NCBI RefSeq assembly: GCF_011386835.1
Contig: NC_088814.1
Coordinates: 1,178,001 to 1,242,000, forward strand
Direction: 5' to 3'
DNA length: 64,000 bases
From: Chrysemys picta bellii
Lineage: Eukaryota
This document shows positions 27,101-38,747 of this stretch, in pieces. The notes below the pieces were generated by a model. That model saw only the letters and a program-made list of their open reading frames with translations, searched no databases and was not told the origin of the DNA. The first letter of the stretch is position 1. Each line of letters begins with the position of its first letter. The position numbers were made by a program, and so were the translations under genes.

Positions 27101-28100
27101 TCTGGCCCGAAGTGTATTTAACTCCTTGGACCTACTTGAGAGATGTTTTCCCAAGACAGTCAAGATTTTGCAGTGACAGAAATGTAGAATTGTGGAATAA
27201 TCCACCCATATTGGATGGTTCCTCCCCAATCCCAGTTGCCCAGAGTTGGCTCGTGTCCGATGCAGGAGGGTTTCTGTCCCTTCCCAATGTCTGGGGGCGA
27301 TGGGCAGAGAGTAAGTCAGCGGTGGTATCTGATTCTCTTTATGCGGTAAAAGGCAAGATGCCCCAGGAGAGGCACCAGCCAGTGGCTTTGCGTCCAGTCA
27401 CATCCCCTCAAAAATCTGCCTCCTCTGGCTCCGAGCTGGGAACCTGCATGGTTGCAGGGAGGTTGGACACATGACCTGACCCCTGGCCCCATCCCTGATG
27501 TGACCCCAGGCCTGATCCCAACCCTGACCTGACCCCTGGCCCCATCCCTGATGTGACCCCAGGCCTGATCCCAACCCTGACCTGACCCCTGGCCCCATCC
27601 CTGATGTGACCCCAGGCCTGGCTCCATCCCTGATGTGACCCCAGGCCTGACCCCACTCCTGACCTGACCCCTGGCCCCATCCCTGATGTGACCCCAGGCC
27701 TGGCCCCAACCCTGGCCTGACCCCACTCCTGAGCTGACCCCTGGCCCCATCCCTGATGTGACCCCAGGCCTGGCCCCAACCCTGACCTGACCCCTGGCCC
27801 CATCCCTGACCTGACCCCTGACCCCATCCCCAGTCCTGACGTGACCCCACCTGACTTCTGCGCCCACAAGCCCCCGCCCTTGGGCTCCCCCAGCCCCGAC
27901 TCACCCTCCCACCAGGCCCCTGCGCCCGCTGTGACCCGGCTCCGGGCCTGGGGGGCGGAGCCCGGCGGGTGCCCGAGGGGGGTGTCGCCCTCTCCCGGGG
28001 AGAAGGGCCCCGCGGTGTGTCCCGCGCCGGCCGCCGTCCCGCCCCCGGGACTCACCTTCCCCCAGGGGTCTTCGGGCGAGGCGCCCGCCTGCTCCGCCAT
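21194..28100 (-). CDS. MLX: Max-like protein X (bHLH-Zip partner of ChREBP/MondoA), 8 coding exons, 245 aa (beta-type isoform)
   Basis: Exons 28100-28056, 26213-26177, 25608-25519, 24699-24593, 24016-23917, 23190-23091, 22675-22474 and 21250-21194 (TGA) total 738 nt. Start MAEQAGASPEDPWGK; basic-HLH RRRAHTQAEQKRRDAIKKGYDDLQ; end TLRDIVLGVLHQLKNQLY. Confidence 0.97.
24138..24467. mobile_element. Near-fully palindromic MITE (hAT-like termini) in MLX intron 4
   Basis: The left arm CAGTGTTTCCCAAACTTGGGACGCCGCTTGTGTAGGGAAAG..TTTACCTGCC..CCAATGGGAGCTG is mirrored by the right arm CAGCTCCCATTGG..GGCAGGTAAACAAA..CTTTCCCTACACAAGCGGCACCCCAAGTTTGGG. Confidence 0.88.
26928..27108. mobile_element. Short MITE-like element with ~33-bp imperfect TIRs
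   Basis: GGATCAGATTTGTAAAGGTATTTAGCTACCTAA on the left pairs with CTAGGCATCTAAACACCTTTACAAATCTGGCCC on the right. Confidence 0.7.
27470..27850. repeat. 53-bp (2 x ~26-bp) tandem repeat in MLX intron 1
   Basis: CATCCCTGATGTGACCCCAGGCCTG...CCTGACCTGACCCCTGGCCC recurs at 27490, 27543 and 27596, followed by variant copies. Confidence 0.9.
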
Positions 28101-28430
28101 CTTCCCGTGCACTCGGGTCATGTGACCTCCCCGCATCAGCCAATCACAGCGTCCGACCATTGCCGGGAAAGGAGCTTCCGGGAGACGCCTGCCGCGGGGA
28201 CTGCTGGGAGTTGTAGTTCCACCGCGGGGACTGATGGGAGCTGAAGTGTGTCCCGGGCCCTGGCCCGCCTGAGCCACCAGGGGGCGCCGTGACACTGAGG
28301 CTCCTGCAGCGGGAGGCGCCGCGGTCTCAGCACGGGGGGGGGGCCGCGAACACCGAGACAGGGGGGGCTCGCGGGGCGGGGGGGGCGCAAAGTGGCAACC
28401 ACGTGTCAGAGTTGCGAACCGGGACACATT
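27880..28430 (-). promoter_or_regulatory. MLX CpG-island promoter
   Basis: CpG-dense around exon 1, with GGTCATGTGACC (~28116-28127), CCAAT (~28140), GGGAGTTGTAGT (ACTACAACTCCC, ZNF143/THAP11-associated motif, ~28206-28217) and E-box CACGTG (~28400). Confidence 0.7.
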
Positions 28431-28470
28431 GGTGGGGGACTGGCCAGGAACACCTGGGGGAGCTGGGCCT

Positions 28471-31400
28471 GTGACCTCACATGGCCCCATTACCTGTCCA
28501 GTGACCCCAGATGACCCCATTCGCTGCCCTGGGTCTGGGGGTGACCCCATTAGCTGTCCAGTGACCTCAGATGACCCCATTCCAAGCCCTAGGACTTAAC
28601 CTGTGACCTCAGATGACCCCATTACCTGTCTAGTAACCTCAGATGACCCCATTTGCTCCCCTGAATCTGGGGCTTGACCTCAGATGACCCCATTACCTGG
28701 CCAGTGACCTCAGATGACCCCATTCCTTGTCCTGGGTCTAGGCCTGTGACCTCAGATGACCCCCATTACTTATCCAGTGACCTCAGATGACCCCATTCCC
28801 TGCCCTGAGTCTGGACCTGTGACCTGAGATGACCCCATTACTTCTTCAGTGGCCTCAGATGACCACATTCCCTGCTCTCAGAGTGGGCCTGTGACCTCAG
28901 ATGACCCCCATTACCTGGCCAGTGACCTCAGATGACCCCATTTGCTCCCCTGGATCTGGGTCTGTGACCTCAGATGACCCCATTACCTGGCCAGTGACCT
29001 CAGGTGACCCCATTCCCTGCCCTAGGTCTGGACCTGTTACCTCAGACAACCCCATTACTTCTTCAGTGACCTCAGATGACCCCCCTTCCCTGCTCTTGGG
29101 GTGGGTCTTGACCTCAGATGACCCAATTACTTGTCCAGTGACCCCATATGACCCCATTTGCTCTCCTGGGTTTGCGACTGTGACCTCAGATAACCCCATT
29201 ACTTCTACAGTGTCCTCAGATGACCCCATTTGCTCTCCTGGGTCTGTGACTGTAACCTCAAATGACCCCATTACCTGTCCAGTGACCTCAGATGACCCCA
29301 TTCCTTGTCCTGGGTCTAGGCCTGTGACCTCAGATGACCCCCCCCATTACTTATCCAGTGATCTCAGATGACCCCATTTGCTCCCCTGGGTCTTTCTGTT
29401 ACCTCAGATAACCCCATTACTTGTTCACTGACCTCAGATGACCCCATTCCCTGCCCTGGGTCTGGACCTGTGACCTGAGATGACCCCATTACTTCTTCAG
29501 TGGCCTCAGATGACCCCATTCCCTGCTCTCAGGGTGGGCCCGTGACCTCAGATGACCCCATTACTTGGCCAGTGACCCCAGATGACCCCATTTGCTCCCC
29601 TGGGTCTGGGTCTGTGACCTCAGATGACCCCATTATCTGTCCAGTGACCCAAGATGACCCCATTCCAAGCCCTAGGAGTGGCTCTGTGACCTCAGATAAC
29701 CCCATTTCTTGTCCAGTGACCCCAGATGACCCCATTTGCTCTCCTGGGTCTGTGCCTGTGACCTCAGATAACCCCATTACTTGTCCAGTGACCCCAAATG
29801 ACCCCATTTCTTGCTCTGGGTCTTGACCTCAGATGACCCCATTACTTATTCAGTGTCCTCAGATGACCCCATTACTTGTCCAGTGAGCTCAGATGACCCC
29901 CATTCCCTGCCCTGGGTCTGGGGCTTGACCTCAGATGACCCCATTACTTGGCCAGTGACCCCAGATGACCCCATTTCGTGCTCTGGGTCTGTGTCTTGAC
30001 CTCAGATGACCCCATTACTTATTCAGTGTCCTCAGATGACCCCATTACTTGTCCAGTGAGCTCAGATGACCCCATTTGCTCTCCTGGGTCTGTGTCTGTG
30101 AACTCAGATAACCCCATTACTTGTCCAGTGACCCCCAGAGGACCCCATTTCGTGCTCTGGGTCTGAGTCTTGACCTCAGATGACCCCATTACTTATTCAG
30201 TGACCCCCAGATGACCCCATTTGCTCTTCTGGGGCTGGGGCTGTGACCTCAGATAACCCCATTACTTCTTCAGTGTCCTCAGATGACCCCATTACTTGTC
30301 CAGTGACCCCAGATGACCCCATTTGCTCTCCTGGGTCTGTGTCTGTGACCTCAGATAACCCCCTTACTTCTTCAGTGACCTCAGATGACCCCATTCCCTG
30401 CCCCGGGTTCGGGGCTTGACCTCAGATAACCCCATTTCTTGTCCAGTGACCCTAGATGACCCCATTTGCTCTCCTGGGTCTGTGCCTGTGACCTCAGATA
30501 ACCCCATTACTTCTTCAGTGTCCTCAGATGACCCCATTACTTGTCCAGTGACCCCAGATGACCCCATTTGCTCTCCTGGGTCTGTGTCTGTGACCTCAGA
30601 TAACCCCATTACTTCTTCAGTGACCTCAGATGACCCCCATTCCCTGCCCTGGGTCTGGGGCTTGACCTCAGATGACCCCATTACTTGTCCAGTGACCTCA
30701 GATGACCCCATTTGCTCTCCTGGGTCTGTGTCTGTGACCTCAGATAACCCCATTACTTGTCCAGTGACCCCAGAGGACCCCATTTCGTGCTCTGGGTCTG
30801 AGTCTTGACCTCAGATGACCCCATTACTTATTCAGTGACCCCCAGATGACCCCATTTGCTCTTCTGGGGCTGGGGCTGTGACCTCAGATAACCCCATTAC
30901 TTCTTCAGTGTCCTCAGATGACCCCATTACTTGTCCAGTGACCCCAGATGACCCCATTTGCTCTCCTGGGTCTGTGTCTGTGACCTCAGATAACCCCCTT
31001 ACTTCTTCAGTGACCTCAGATGACCCCCATTCCCTGCCCTGGGTCTGGGGCTTGACCTCAGATAACCCCATTTCTTCTCCAGTGACCCCAGATGACCCCA
31101 TTTGCTCTCCTGGGTCTGTGCCTGTGACCTCAGATAACCCCATTACTTGTCCAGTGACCCCAGATGACCCCATTTGCTCTCCTGGGTCTGTGCCTGTGAC
31201 CTCAGATAACCCCATTACTTGTCCAGTGAGCTCAGATGACCCCATTCCCTGCCCCGGGTTCGGGGCTTGACCTCAGATAACCCCATTTCTTGTCCAGTGA
31301 CCCTAGATGACCCCATTTGCTCTCCTGGGTCTGTGCCTGTGACCTCAGATAACCCCATTACTTCTTCAGTGTCCTCAGATGACCCCATTACTTGTCCAGT

Positions 31401-32600
31401 GACCCCAGATGACCCCATTTGCTCTCCTGGGTCTGTGTCTGTGACCTCAGATAACCCCATTACTTCTTCAGTGACCTCAGATGACCCCCATTCCCTGCCC
31501 TGGGTCTGGGGCTTGACCTCAGATGACCCCATTACTTGTCCAGTGACCTCAGATGACCCCATTTGCTCTCCTGGGTCTGTGTCTGTGACCTCAGATAACC
31601 CCATTACTTGTCCAGTGACCCCAGAGGACCCCATTTCGTGCTCTGGGTCTGAGTCTTGACCTCAGATGACCCCATTACTTATTCAGTGACCCCCAGATGA
31701 CCCCATTTGCTCTTCTGGGGCTGGGGCTGTGACCTCAGATAACCCCATTACTTCTTCAGTGTCCTCAGATGACCCCATTACTTGTCCAGTGAGCTCAGAT
31801 GACCCCATTCCCTGCCCTGGGTTCGGGGCTTGACCTCAGATAACCCCATTTCTTGTCCAGTGACCCTAGATGACCCCATTTTCTCTCCTGGGTCTGTGCC
31901 TGTGACCTCAGATAACCCCATTACTTCTTCAGTGTCCTCAGATGACCCCATTACTTGTCCAGTGACCCCAGATGACCCCATTTGCTCTCCTGGGTCTGTG
32001 TCTGTGACCTCAGATAACCCCATTACTTCTTCAGTGACCTCAGATAACCCCCATTCCCTGCCCTGGGTCTGGGGCTTGACCTCAGATGACCCCATTACTT
32101 GTCCAGTGACCTCAGATGACCCCATTTGCTCTCCTGGGTCTGTGTCTGTGAACTCAGATAACCCCATTACTTGTCCAGTGACCCCAGAGGACCCCATTTC
32201 GTGCTCTGGGTCTGAGTCTTGACCTCAGATGACCCCATTACTTATTCAGTGACCCCCAGATGACCCCATTTGCTCTTCTGGGGCTGGGGCTGTGACCTCA
32301 GATAACCCCATTACTTCTTCAGTGTCCTCAGATGACCCCATTACTTGTCCAGTGACCCCAGATGACCCCATTTGCTCTCCTGGGTCTGTGTCTGTGACCT
32401 CAGATAACCCCATTACTTCTTCAGTGACCTCAGATGACCCCCATTCCCTGCCCTGGGTCTGGGGCTTGACCTCAGATGACCCCATTCCTTGCCCTGGATC
32501 TAGGCCTGTGACCTCAGATAACCCCATTCCCTGCCCAGTGGCCACAGATGAACCCATCCCAGCCCTAGGTCTGGGTCTGTGACCTCATATGACCCCCATT
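28471..32600 (-). repeat. ~4.1-kb minisatellite (~27-33-bp units) with a DR4 core GGGTCA-TCTG-AGGTCA and higher-order blocks
   Basis: The + strand unit is approximately GTGACCTCAGATGACCCCATT(ACTTGTCCA/TGCTCTCCTGGGTCTGT). The marker GAGGACCCC recurs at 30138, 30773, 31624 and 32187. Confidence 0.95.
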
Positions 32601-33362
32601 CCCTTTCCTTGGCGTGGCTCCTTGACCCCCAGGTAACATCCCCTCCCTTTGCTGGCCCACCCGCAAGACCCCCAATCTCTGCTGTGGGCCTGCCCTCCCC
32701 ACCCCCTCAAGGGTTCTCCCATACCAAGCCTGTACCTGTGACCTCCGTTGACTCATCTCCCTGCCCTGTGCCTATGACTGCAGGCGATTTCACACACACA
32801 CAGCCCCCACCAGGGCCTGGGTCCAGGCCCATGAGCCTAGGTGACGTCACTCCCTGCGCTGGGCCTGGGAGCCCCATCGGCTCAGACCCACCCCTTCCAG
32901 CCCCTCAGATCATGAGATTTTCATGTTACACACAATCAACCATTGAGGGTTTCAGTTTTTTTCTTTTCTGTGCCTTCTGGATTTGATCCTTAGGGTCATG
33001 TTTCCTACTTGTCTTCCCAACCAGGAGTGCCAGGCATGTATTGGTTTACATGGAAGCTGAGAGTCGCCTGTAATCACAGGACTCCAGGAGCTGAGGCTTT
33101 GATATGAGGCTCCTGATGAAACTAAGAGTTCGCCACACTGTGCAGTTGGCAGGAGCCAGACTTGGCCAGGAGAGCTCTGAGCCCCAGGGCTGGTTATTGG
33201 CAGGGGCAGGACAGTCCCTGGTCTAGGCCTGTAGAAAATCCCCAGGGTCTGCATCCAGAGAGCCAGAGAATCTAAAGTTCACTGGGGACATCCCTGCAAA
33301 ATCCCTGGCCTCAGGAAGTGGGAATCCCGGGGGCAGTATCAGGCAGGAAGCAGAGTCACCTG

Positions 33363-33580
33363 GGGGATGGGGGCCAGCACAGGAAGCGGGGTCCCTGGGG
33401 GGGGTGTCACAGGGGCCAGCACAGGAAGCGGGGTCCCTGGGGGGGGTGTCACAGGGGCCAGCACAGGAAGCGGGGTCCCTGGGGGGGGGGGTCACAGGGG
33501 ACAGCACTGGAAGCGGGGTCCCTGGGGGGGGGTCACAGGGGACAGCACTGGAAGCGGGGTCCCTGGGGGGGTCACAGGGT
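33363..33580. repeat. ~33-bp G-rich minisatellite
   Basis: GGAAGCGGGGTCCCTGGGGGGGGTGTCACAGGGGCCAGCACA, about 6 copies. Confidence 0.9.
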
Positions 33581-36500
33581 ACATGAGGGGTGTGGGCAGG
33601 TTGAGTTCAGTTCACTGTGCTACATTCAGAGCAGCATTTGCCAGCTGGGGTCTTTGTGGGACGTTTCCTCTGACGAAGCTGATGCCCCCAGACCAGGAAA
33701 GGAAGCTGCTTCTTGCCCAACATGATACCAGCCCAAGTGGGGTTAGCTGGAGGCGCTGGGAGATGGTGCAGGCACCTGTGTCCCCCTGCCCCCCTCAGCG
33801 ATCTGCCTCAGGGCTGGGGTGGGAGGCGGGCAGGGGCGGTGCCCCTCAGCCACGGCTCATTGAAATGGCGCAGGAACCGTGGTCGTCTCTGGGCCCCGTG
33901 GGCTCCGTGCCACTCCAGAGCACCTCGGTCCAGCCAGGCCTGCTGGGCCCTTTGCACACTGGTGTGAGGGGCTCTCTCCTGGAGCTCTGGGCACTGGCTG
34001 CCATGAAGGGCTTGGTCCAAGCAGCCAGTGTCATAGGCGAGGGGCGGGCCCCCGGCCACTCTGCCAAGCGCATGCCCTGGAGCCACCTCCTACCTGCTCC
34101 TTGCTGTGGCCCTATCCCCAGAGCTACCCAGGCCCATGGGACTCTGGCAAGGGGGCCTCCTGCCTTGGCTGAGAACTGCCCCCGCCTGGGGCAATTCCGG
34201 AGCCCCCTGCAGCCAAGGCTGTGAGGCCCCAGCCCCTGGAGCTGAGCATGGGGCTGGGATTCTGGGGACAGGCAGCTGAAGGGTTTCCAACCACATGGGG
34301 AAATGTCCTGCCCTGCTGGGATGCACATCCCCACCGGGGCTGGGCAGCGGTGCCCACCAGAGGAGGGGCTTTGAGCCTCCCGGGGTGACAGGGTGGGGGG
34401 AAGGTGCCAAGCAGGGACTGCAGCAGGCTGGCTCAGTGCTGTCCCTTGGCACATTCCTGCCTGGCCACTGCAATGGGGCCCTGCTCTGGGCACCGCTCGC
34501 TGCAGCAGGCTGTGTTTGGCCTGGGCTCTAAGCCTCTCCCGTCACCTCTGCCACCGTCAGCACCCTCCCACTGGCTGCGCTGGCCTCCCCGGAGACCTGG
34601 CAGCCTGGGCTCCTGCTTCTGCCTAGCGGGGAATGAGCTGATGCTACACGGCCGGTACTGCCTCCCTCCCAGCACCAGCAGGACGAGCCAGTTCTGGCCG
34701 AGACACAGACATGAGACAGAGACATGACGGGGGCAGTGGGGACTCTCCCCGGGCAGCGCAGAGCAGAGAGGGGTGCAGGCTGGGCTGGGAAGGGGTGTCC
34801 CATGTAGCACTGCAGGGCACTCGCCTCCAGGCCATGAGCACTGCACAGCCCTGAGACGGAGCTGGCCTGGCCTCAGCACGTGCTGTGAGCACATGGAAGT
34901 AACATGCCAACGTCCCCTTAAGCCCTAGCGTAGGCGAGGCCCTGAGCTCAGCCGCTGCCTGGGAGCACGGCCAGGCCCCCAGGCTGGCGCAGGCCGCAGA
35001 GCCGCCGGTGCCACGTGTGACTGAGCGCGGCACTCGGGGAGCTTCTGTCAGGGTTCCTGGGCTCGGCTCTCATGCTGCCCTCGGCCACAGGCCTCACCCG
35101 CCACCAGCTGCTCCCTGCTCCCAGCCAGTCCTCGGCCCCCCTGGGAAATCACCGCCATTCCTCCCCTGTGCGCAGAGCTGCTGCGAGGCAGCTCAGCCGG
35201 GGGAGGGGGGGGCTTAGTCCTTCTAGCAAGGCGCTTGGCTGGCCCCCAGCCGCACCAGCAGTGGGATTTTCCCTTTCCTCACCAGGTGGGACAGGTAGCA
35301 CCTGGGGCGCCGGGCAGATTAGGTGACTTGCCCCAGGTCGTGGAGGTGCGCTGTGTCAGAGCCAGGAATCGATGCCCAGGGCTGCTGACGCCCGTCACCA
35401 CTAGAGACCCAGGCCACCCTTCTCCCCGGCAGTCTGCCTCCAGCAGCAGCCGACACCCCATCATGCACCTGGCCACTTGGGCCATTCTGCACCTGGGGTG
35501 ACCAGCTGGCACCCTATAGCAGGAGAGGGCAGTGGCTGCCTTCGCCGGCTCCCTGGCTCCCCCCACCCCAGGTGTTGTTCAGCAAAGCCTGTGCAGAGCC
35601 CACTCGGTGTCGCCCCACCCCCGCCCCCGCACAGAGATCGTGAGCTGCCATTGGGCAGCGGGACGCACACCTCCAGGGCACTGGGGCATAGGCAATGTTG
35701 ATTCAGTCAGCAGGGGCTGGAGAACCCGCCTCCCTCCCATTGCATCAGTGGGAGGTCCCCTCCCATCCCGCTGCCAAGCCAGCAGGGAGGGCAGCCTCCC
35801 CCATGGAGCCCCCTGGACAGAACCAGCAACTGGGCTAGTAAACCAGGGACCCCCATTGCCTCCCCCCCCACACCCGCTGCAGACCCTGTGGTCAAGAGCT
35901 CAGGGCACAGCCCTGCCAGCCACAACCTGGAGTAGGGGGAGGCTGCACCTGCTCCCGGCTTTGGGACCCACATGGCAGCCCTGAGCCCCTGGGCCCAACT
36001 TCAGCGCACTTCCCACCTGCAGCTCCCCAGCTCAGATGCCTGCGAGTGCCACCGAGAGGAGACAGTTCCCCCGGGGCGCCTCATTGCTCCTCTCCCTGCC
36101 CCCTCGCCCCGGGACATCCCCTGCATCCTGACAGCGCGTCATGTTCTCCCGCTTACGCCAGGTGCTGCTGGCGTAACCAGCCCTGAGCTAACAGTCACCT
36201 CCTGTTCCCGGTGTGTCCCTCCTGACGCTGCTGCAGGGCCAGCACAAAGTCCGTGCTGACATGCCATCTGCCCTCTGCTGGCTGCAGCCCCAGTGGAACC
36301 AGAGGGCACAGGTGCAAAGGCCCTTTGCATCACTCCGGCCACGGTCCTGCTGGGGCTGCACCGTGACACGCCTGGGCTGTGACGGGTGGACAGCACAAGC
36401 CCTCGCTTCCCCTGGGGGCTGCAAAGGGAGTAGCCCTGGAACCCCGCTGGGCCCCACTGACCCATGATGACGGGCTATTCTCTGTCCAGCGACAGGGCCC

Positions 36501-37978
36501 AGAGCCCCCCCGTCACTGACCGGGCCCCGCTTGTGCTAGGTGATGTTCACACAGACCCTTCTCTAGCAGCTGGCATGCACCCCTAAAGGCCAGCGGCTCC
36601 CGCCATTGGCTCGTCTGCAACAGACGTTTGCTTCATGATGAAAAATCCAATCCAGGCCGGGCTAACGGGGGTTTCTACAGTGGATACTAGCTGCATCCAG
36701 GAGGGACCCCCGGAGCCACCTACTCGGACCCCAGCCGCTCACAGAGCCTGACATGCTAACACCTGACACCTGCAGAGAGTGTGTCCTGCCCCATCCCTGC
36801 TCAGAGCCTCCCACCAGAGGGGCCTGCCTGGCATCAGGTACTTCGAGGCAGCCTCCCGCTCAGCACCCCAGTGGCGGGATCTGTGGGGGGCACGAGGAAC
36901 ATTCCTGGGCCACGCAGCCCCTGGCCCTGGCCCAGCGTCTCTCTAGCTGGGCCGTTCCAGCACAGTGCGTTTGTGAGCACAGCTGTGACGCAGATGGGGG
37001 GAGAGCACCGGGAATCGGTGACCTTCCCTCCCCCTGCCTGCAAAGGCCACACACCTCCCTGCGCAGAGAGAAAACATTCTGTGCTTTCCCCCTGACCCTG
37101 GACACGGAGCCTAGGTCCCCCCGCGCAGCGACTGGGGGGGCTGCCCCCCCAGGCTCCTTCAGTCACTTGCCTGGATCTCCCTGGTCCGACAGCCTGTGCA
37201 GCACAAGGCGGTGGGGGGTCCCCAGCCCGCCCCTCCCCCTTTGCATGGTTTGGGCAGCGCCTGCCCAGCCCCCAGTGCAGCTCTGCGGGGGAGGCCAGAG
37301 CACGGCAGGGAGCTGTGAGCCGGCTGCAGGGACCCCTGCGCCCCAGCCGAGCTGCCTGGTGCTTGTCCCTGGGCTGCAGGGCAGGAGCCTGAAATTGGTT
37401 CCTTTGGTGCGGGTCTGGTTTGCTTCTGCCCACACGGGGGTCCTGGCTGCTAGTAGGGAAGGAAGGAGCAGGTGGTTCCCAGCCGGGCTGCAGCACTAAC
37501 AGGACTCAGCTCTGTGAAGCAGGAGGGGGCAGCCGCTCAGATCCCACCGTCCATCCTGTGGGAATTCCAGCCCTGGCCCAGACACGACCCCGGAAACCTG
37601 AGCCCAACCCCAAGCCCAGGGGCAGGCTGCCAGCAGGACCCTGGGCCCAGGGATTGGCTTGCAGACCTGCCAGCAGGCTGCTGGGATCACCTGCACAGAA
37701 ACCCAATTAGCAAGTGGTGTAGAACTGATGAATGAAATTGTTTTTAATTGTTCACTTTATTAATGTAACTTCATAAGTAAAGTTTTATGAATGAAACAAT
37801 ATTCATTCATAAAACCGGTTACCCCAAAAACCGGCTAATTAACAGTTAAGATGCTTGTTAAGAGCCATAGCTGTTCAGTCAGCTGCCTTTGTAAGTTTCA
37901 CTATCAATCCAATTCCTGCTTAAATCACGAGACTTGCACTGTTTCAGTATTGGAACTTCTGTTCACTGTTTGCCATAT

Positions 37979-38747
37979 TGTAATTCAAACCCCATTTTAA
38001 AACGCTGACTCCATTTTGTAAGGGCTTGCTGCAACCTTCATTTCTGCAAACCCTGCTGTAATCTTCTTAGTTTAGTTTAGATGTGTGAATGAGGGATGTA
38101 TGGATGATGGAATCAACCTCCAGCCCCAGCCTGTCCTGATTAAATAGAGTTCAAACACCAACAGCTGAAGATGCAGACAAGAGCCCTAACAAAGTAAGAA
38201 GAATCCACCCTAAAAAGAAAAGGTACAATAGAAGGAAGATCAAAGCCCGGTCCCAGGCTGAAAGTCATGTCTGCAATTGACGGGTGATCAATCACCAAAC
38301 CCAGAGGCAGCGTGACACAGGGAGACCTGTAGACTCTGGATTTAAACTAAAGCCTACAAAAAGGATGGGTGAGATGGAAAACTTTGGAGGAGGGTAACAT
38401 TTTGCTGCCAACATGGAAGGGCATCGGTGCGCCCAACAGAGACCCAGCTCGTCCTTGTGCCCGGCTTTCCTGGCCAGTTACCGCCACAAGCTACGAACCC
38501 AAGCTGCAAACTCAAGCCACAGATTCAAGCAGGACTGGTAACTATGCAGCAGCTGCAGAACATCTGATGGATGTGTGTGTGTGTGTGTGTGTGAATGTGT
38601 GTGTGTGTGTGTATAGGTATTAGGTATAATGTGTATTAGGATTAAGATATTAGTTATTGGTCATAAATCAAATTGTTATCATAATAAATGTGGCATCTTT
38701 ATCTTGTCCCCTTTAATAAGATCCTGCTAGTTTTTATTGGTATAACA
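37979..38747 (+). mobile_element. Probable solo LTR containing a (TG)n microsatellite
   Basis: It ends ..ATAATAAATGTGG..TTATTGGTATAACA, and its A+T richness contrasts with the flanks. The left boundary is uncertain and no TSD was found. Confidence 0.5.

Noticed and set aside
27408-28580. 390-aa ORF spanning MLX exon 1
   Set aside because: Only 15 codons (28100-28056) match MLX and they end at a consensus donor. The rest is GC-rich promoter and repeat sequence that lacks stops by composition.
28897-32582. Many 60-156 aa ORFs on both strands (GSSEVTGQVM / TSDDPITCPV repeats), and a CRISPR-like look
   Set aside because: They are translations of the minisatellite. Units have no unique spacers, there are no cas genes, and the DNA is eukaryotic.
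33367-37735. Cluster of GC-rich ORFs (up to 285 aa) between MLX and COQ10-like
   Set aside because: I found no recognisable domain, no consistent exon chain and no codon pattern. A decayed gene cannot be excluded without tBLASTn.
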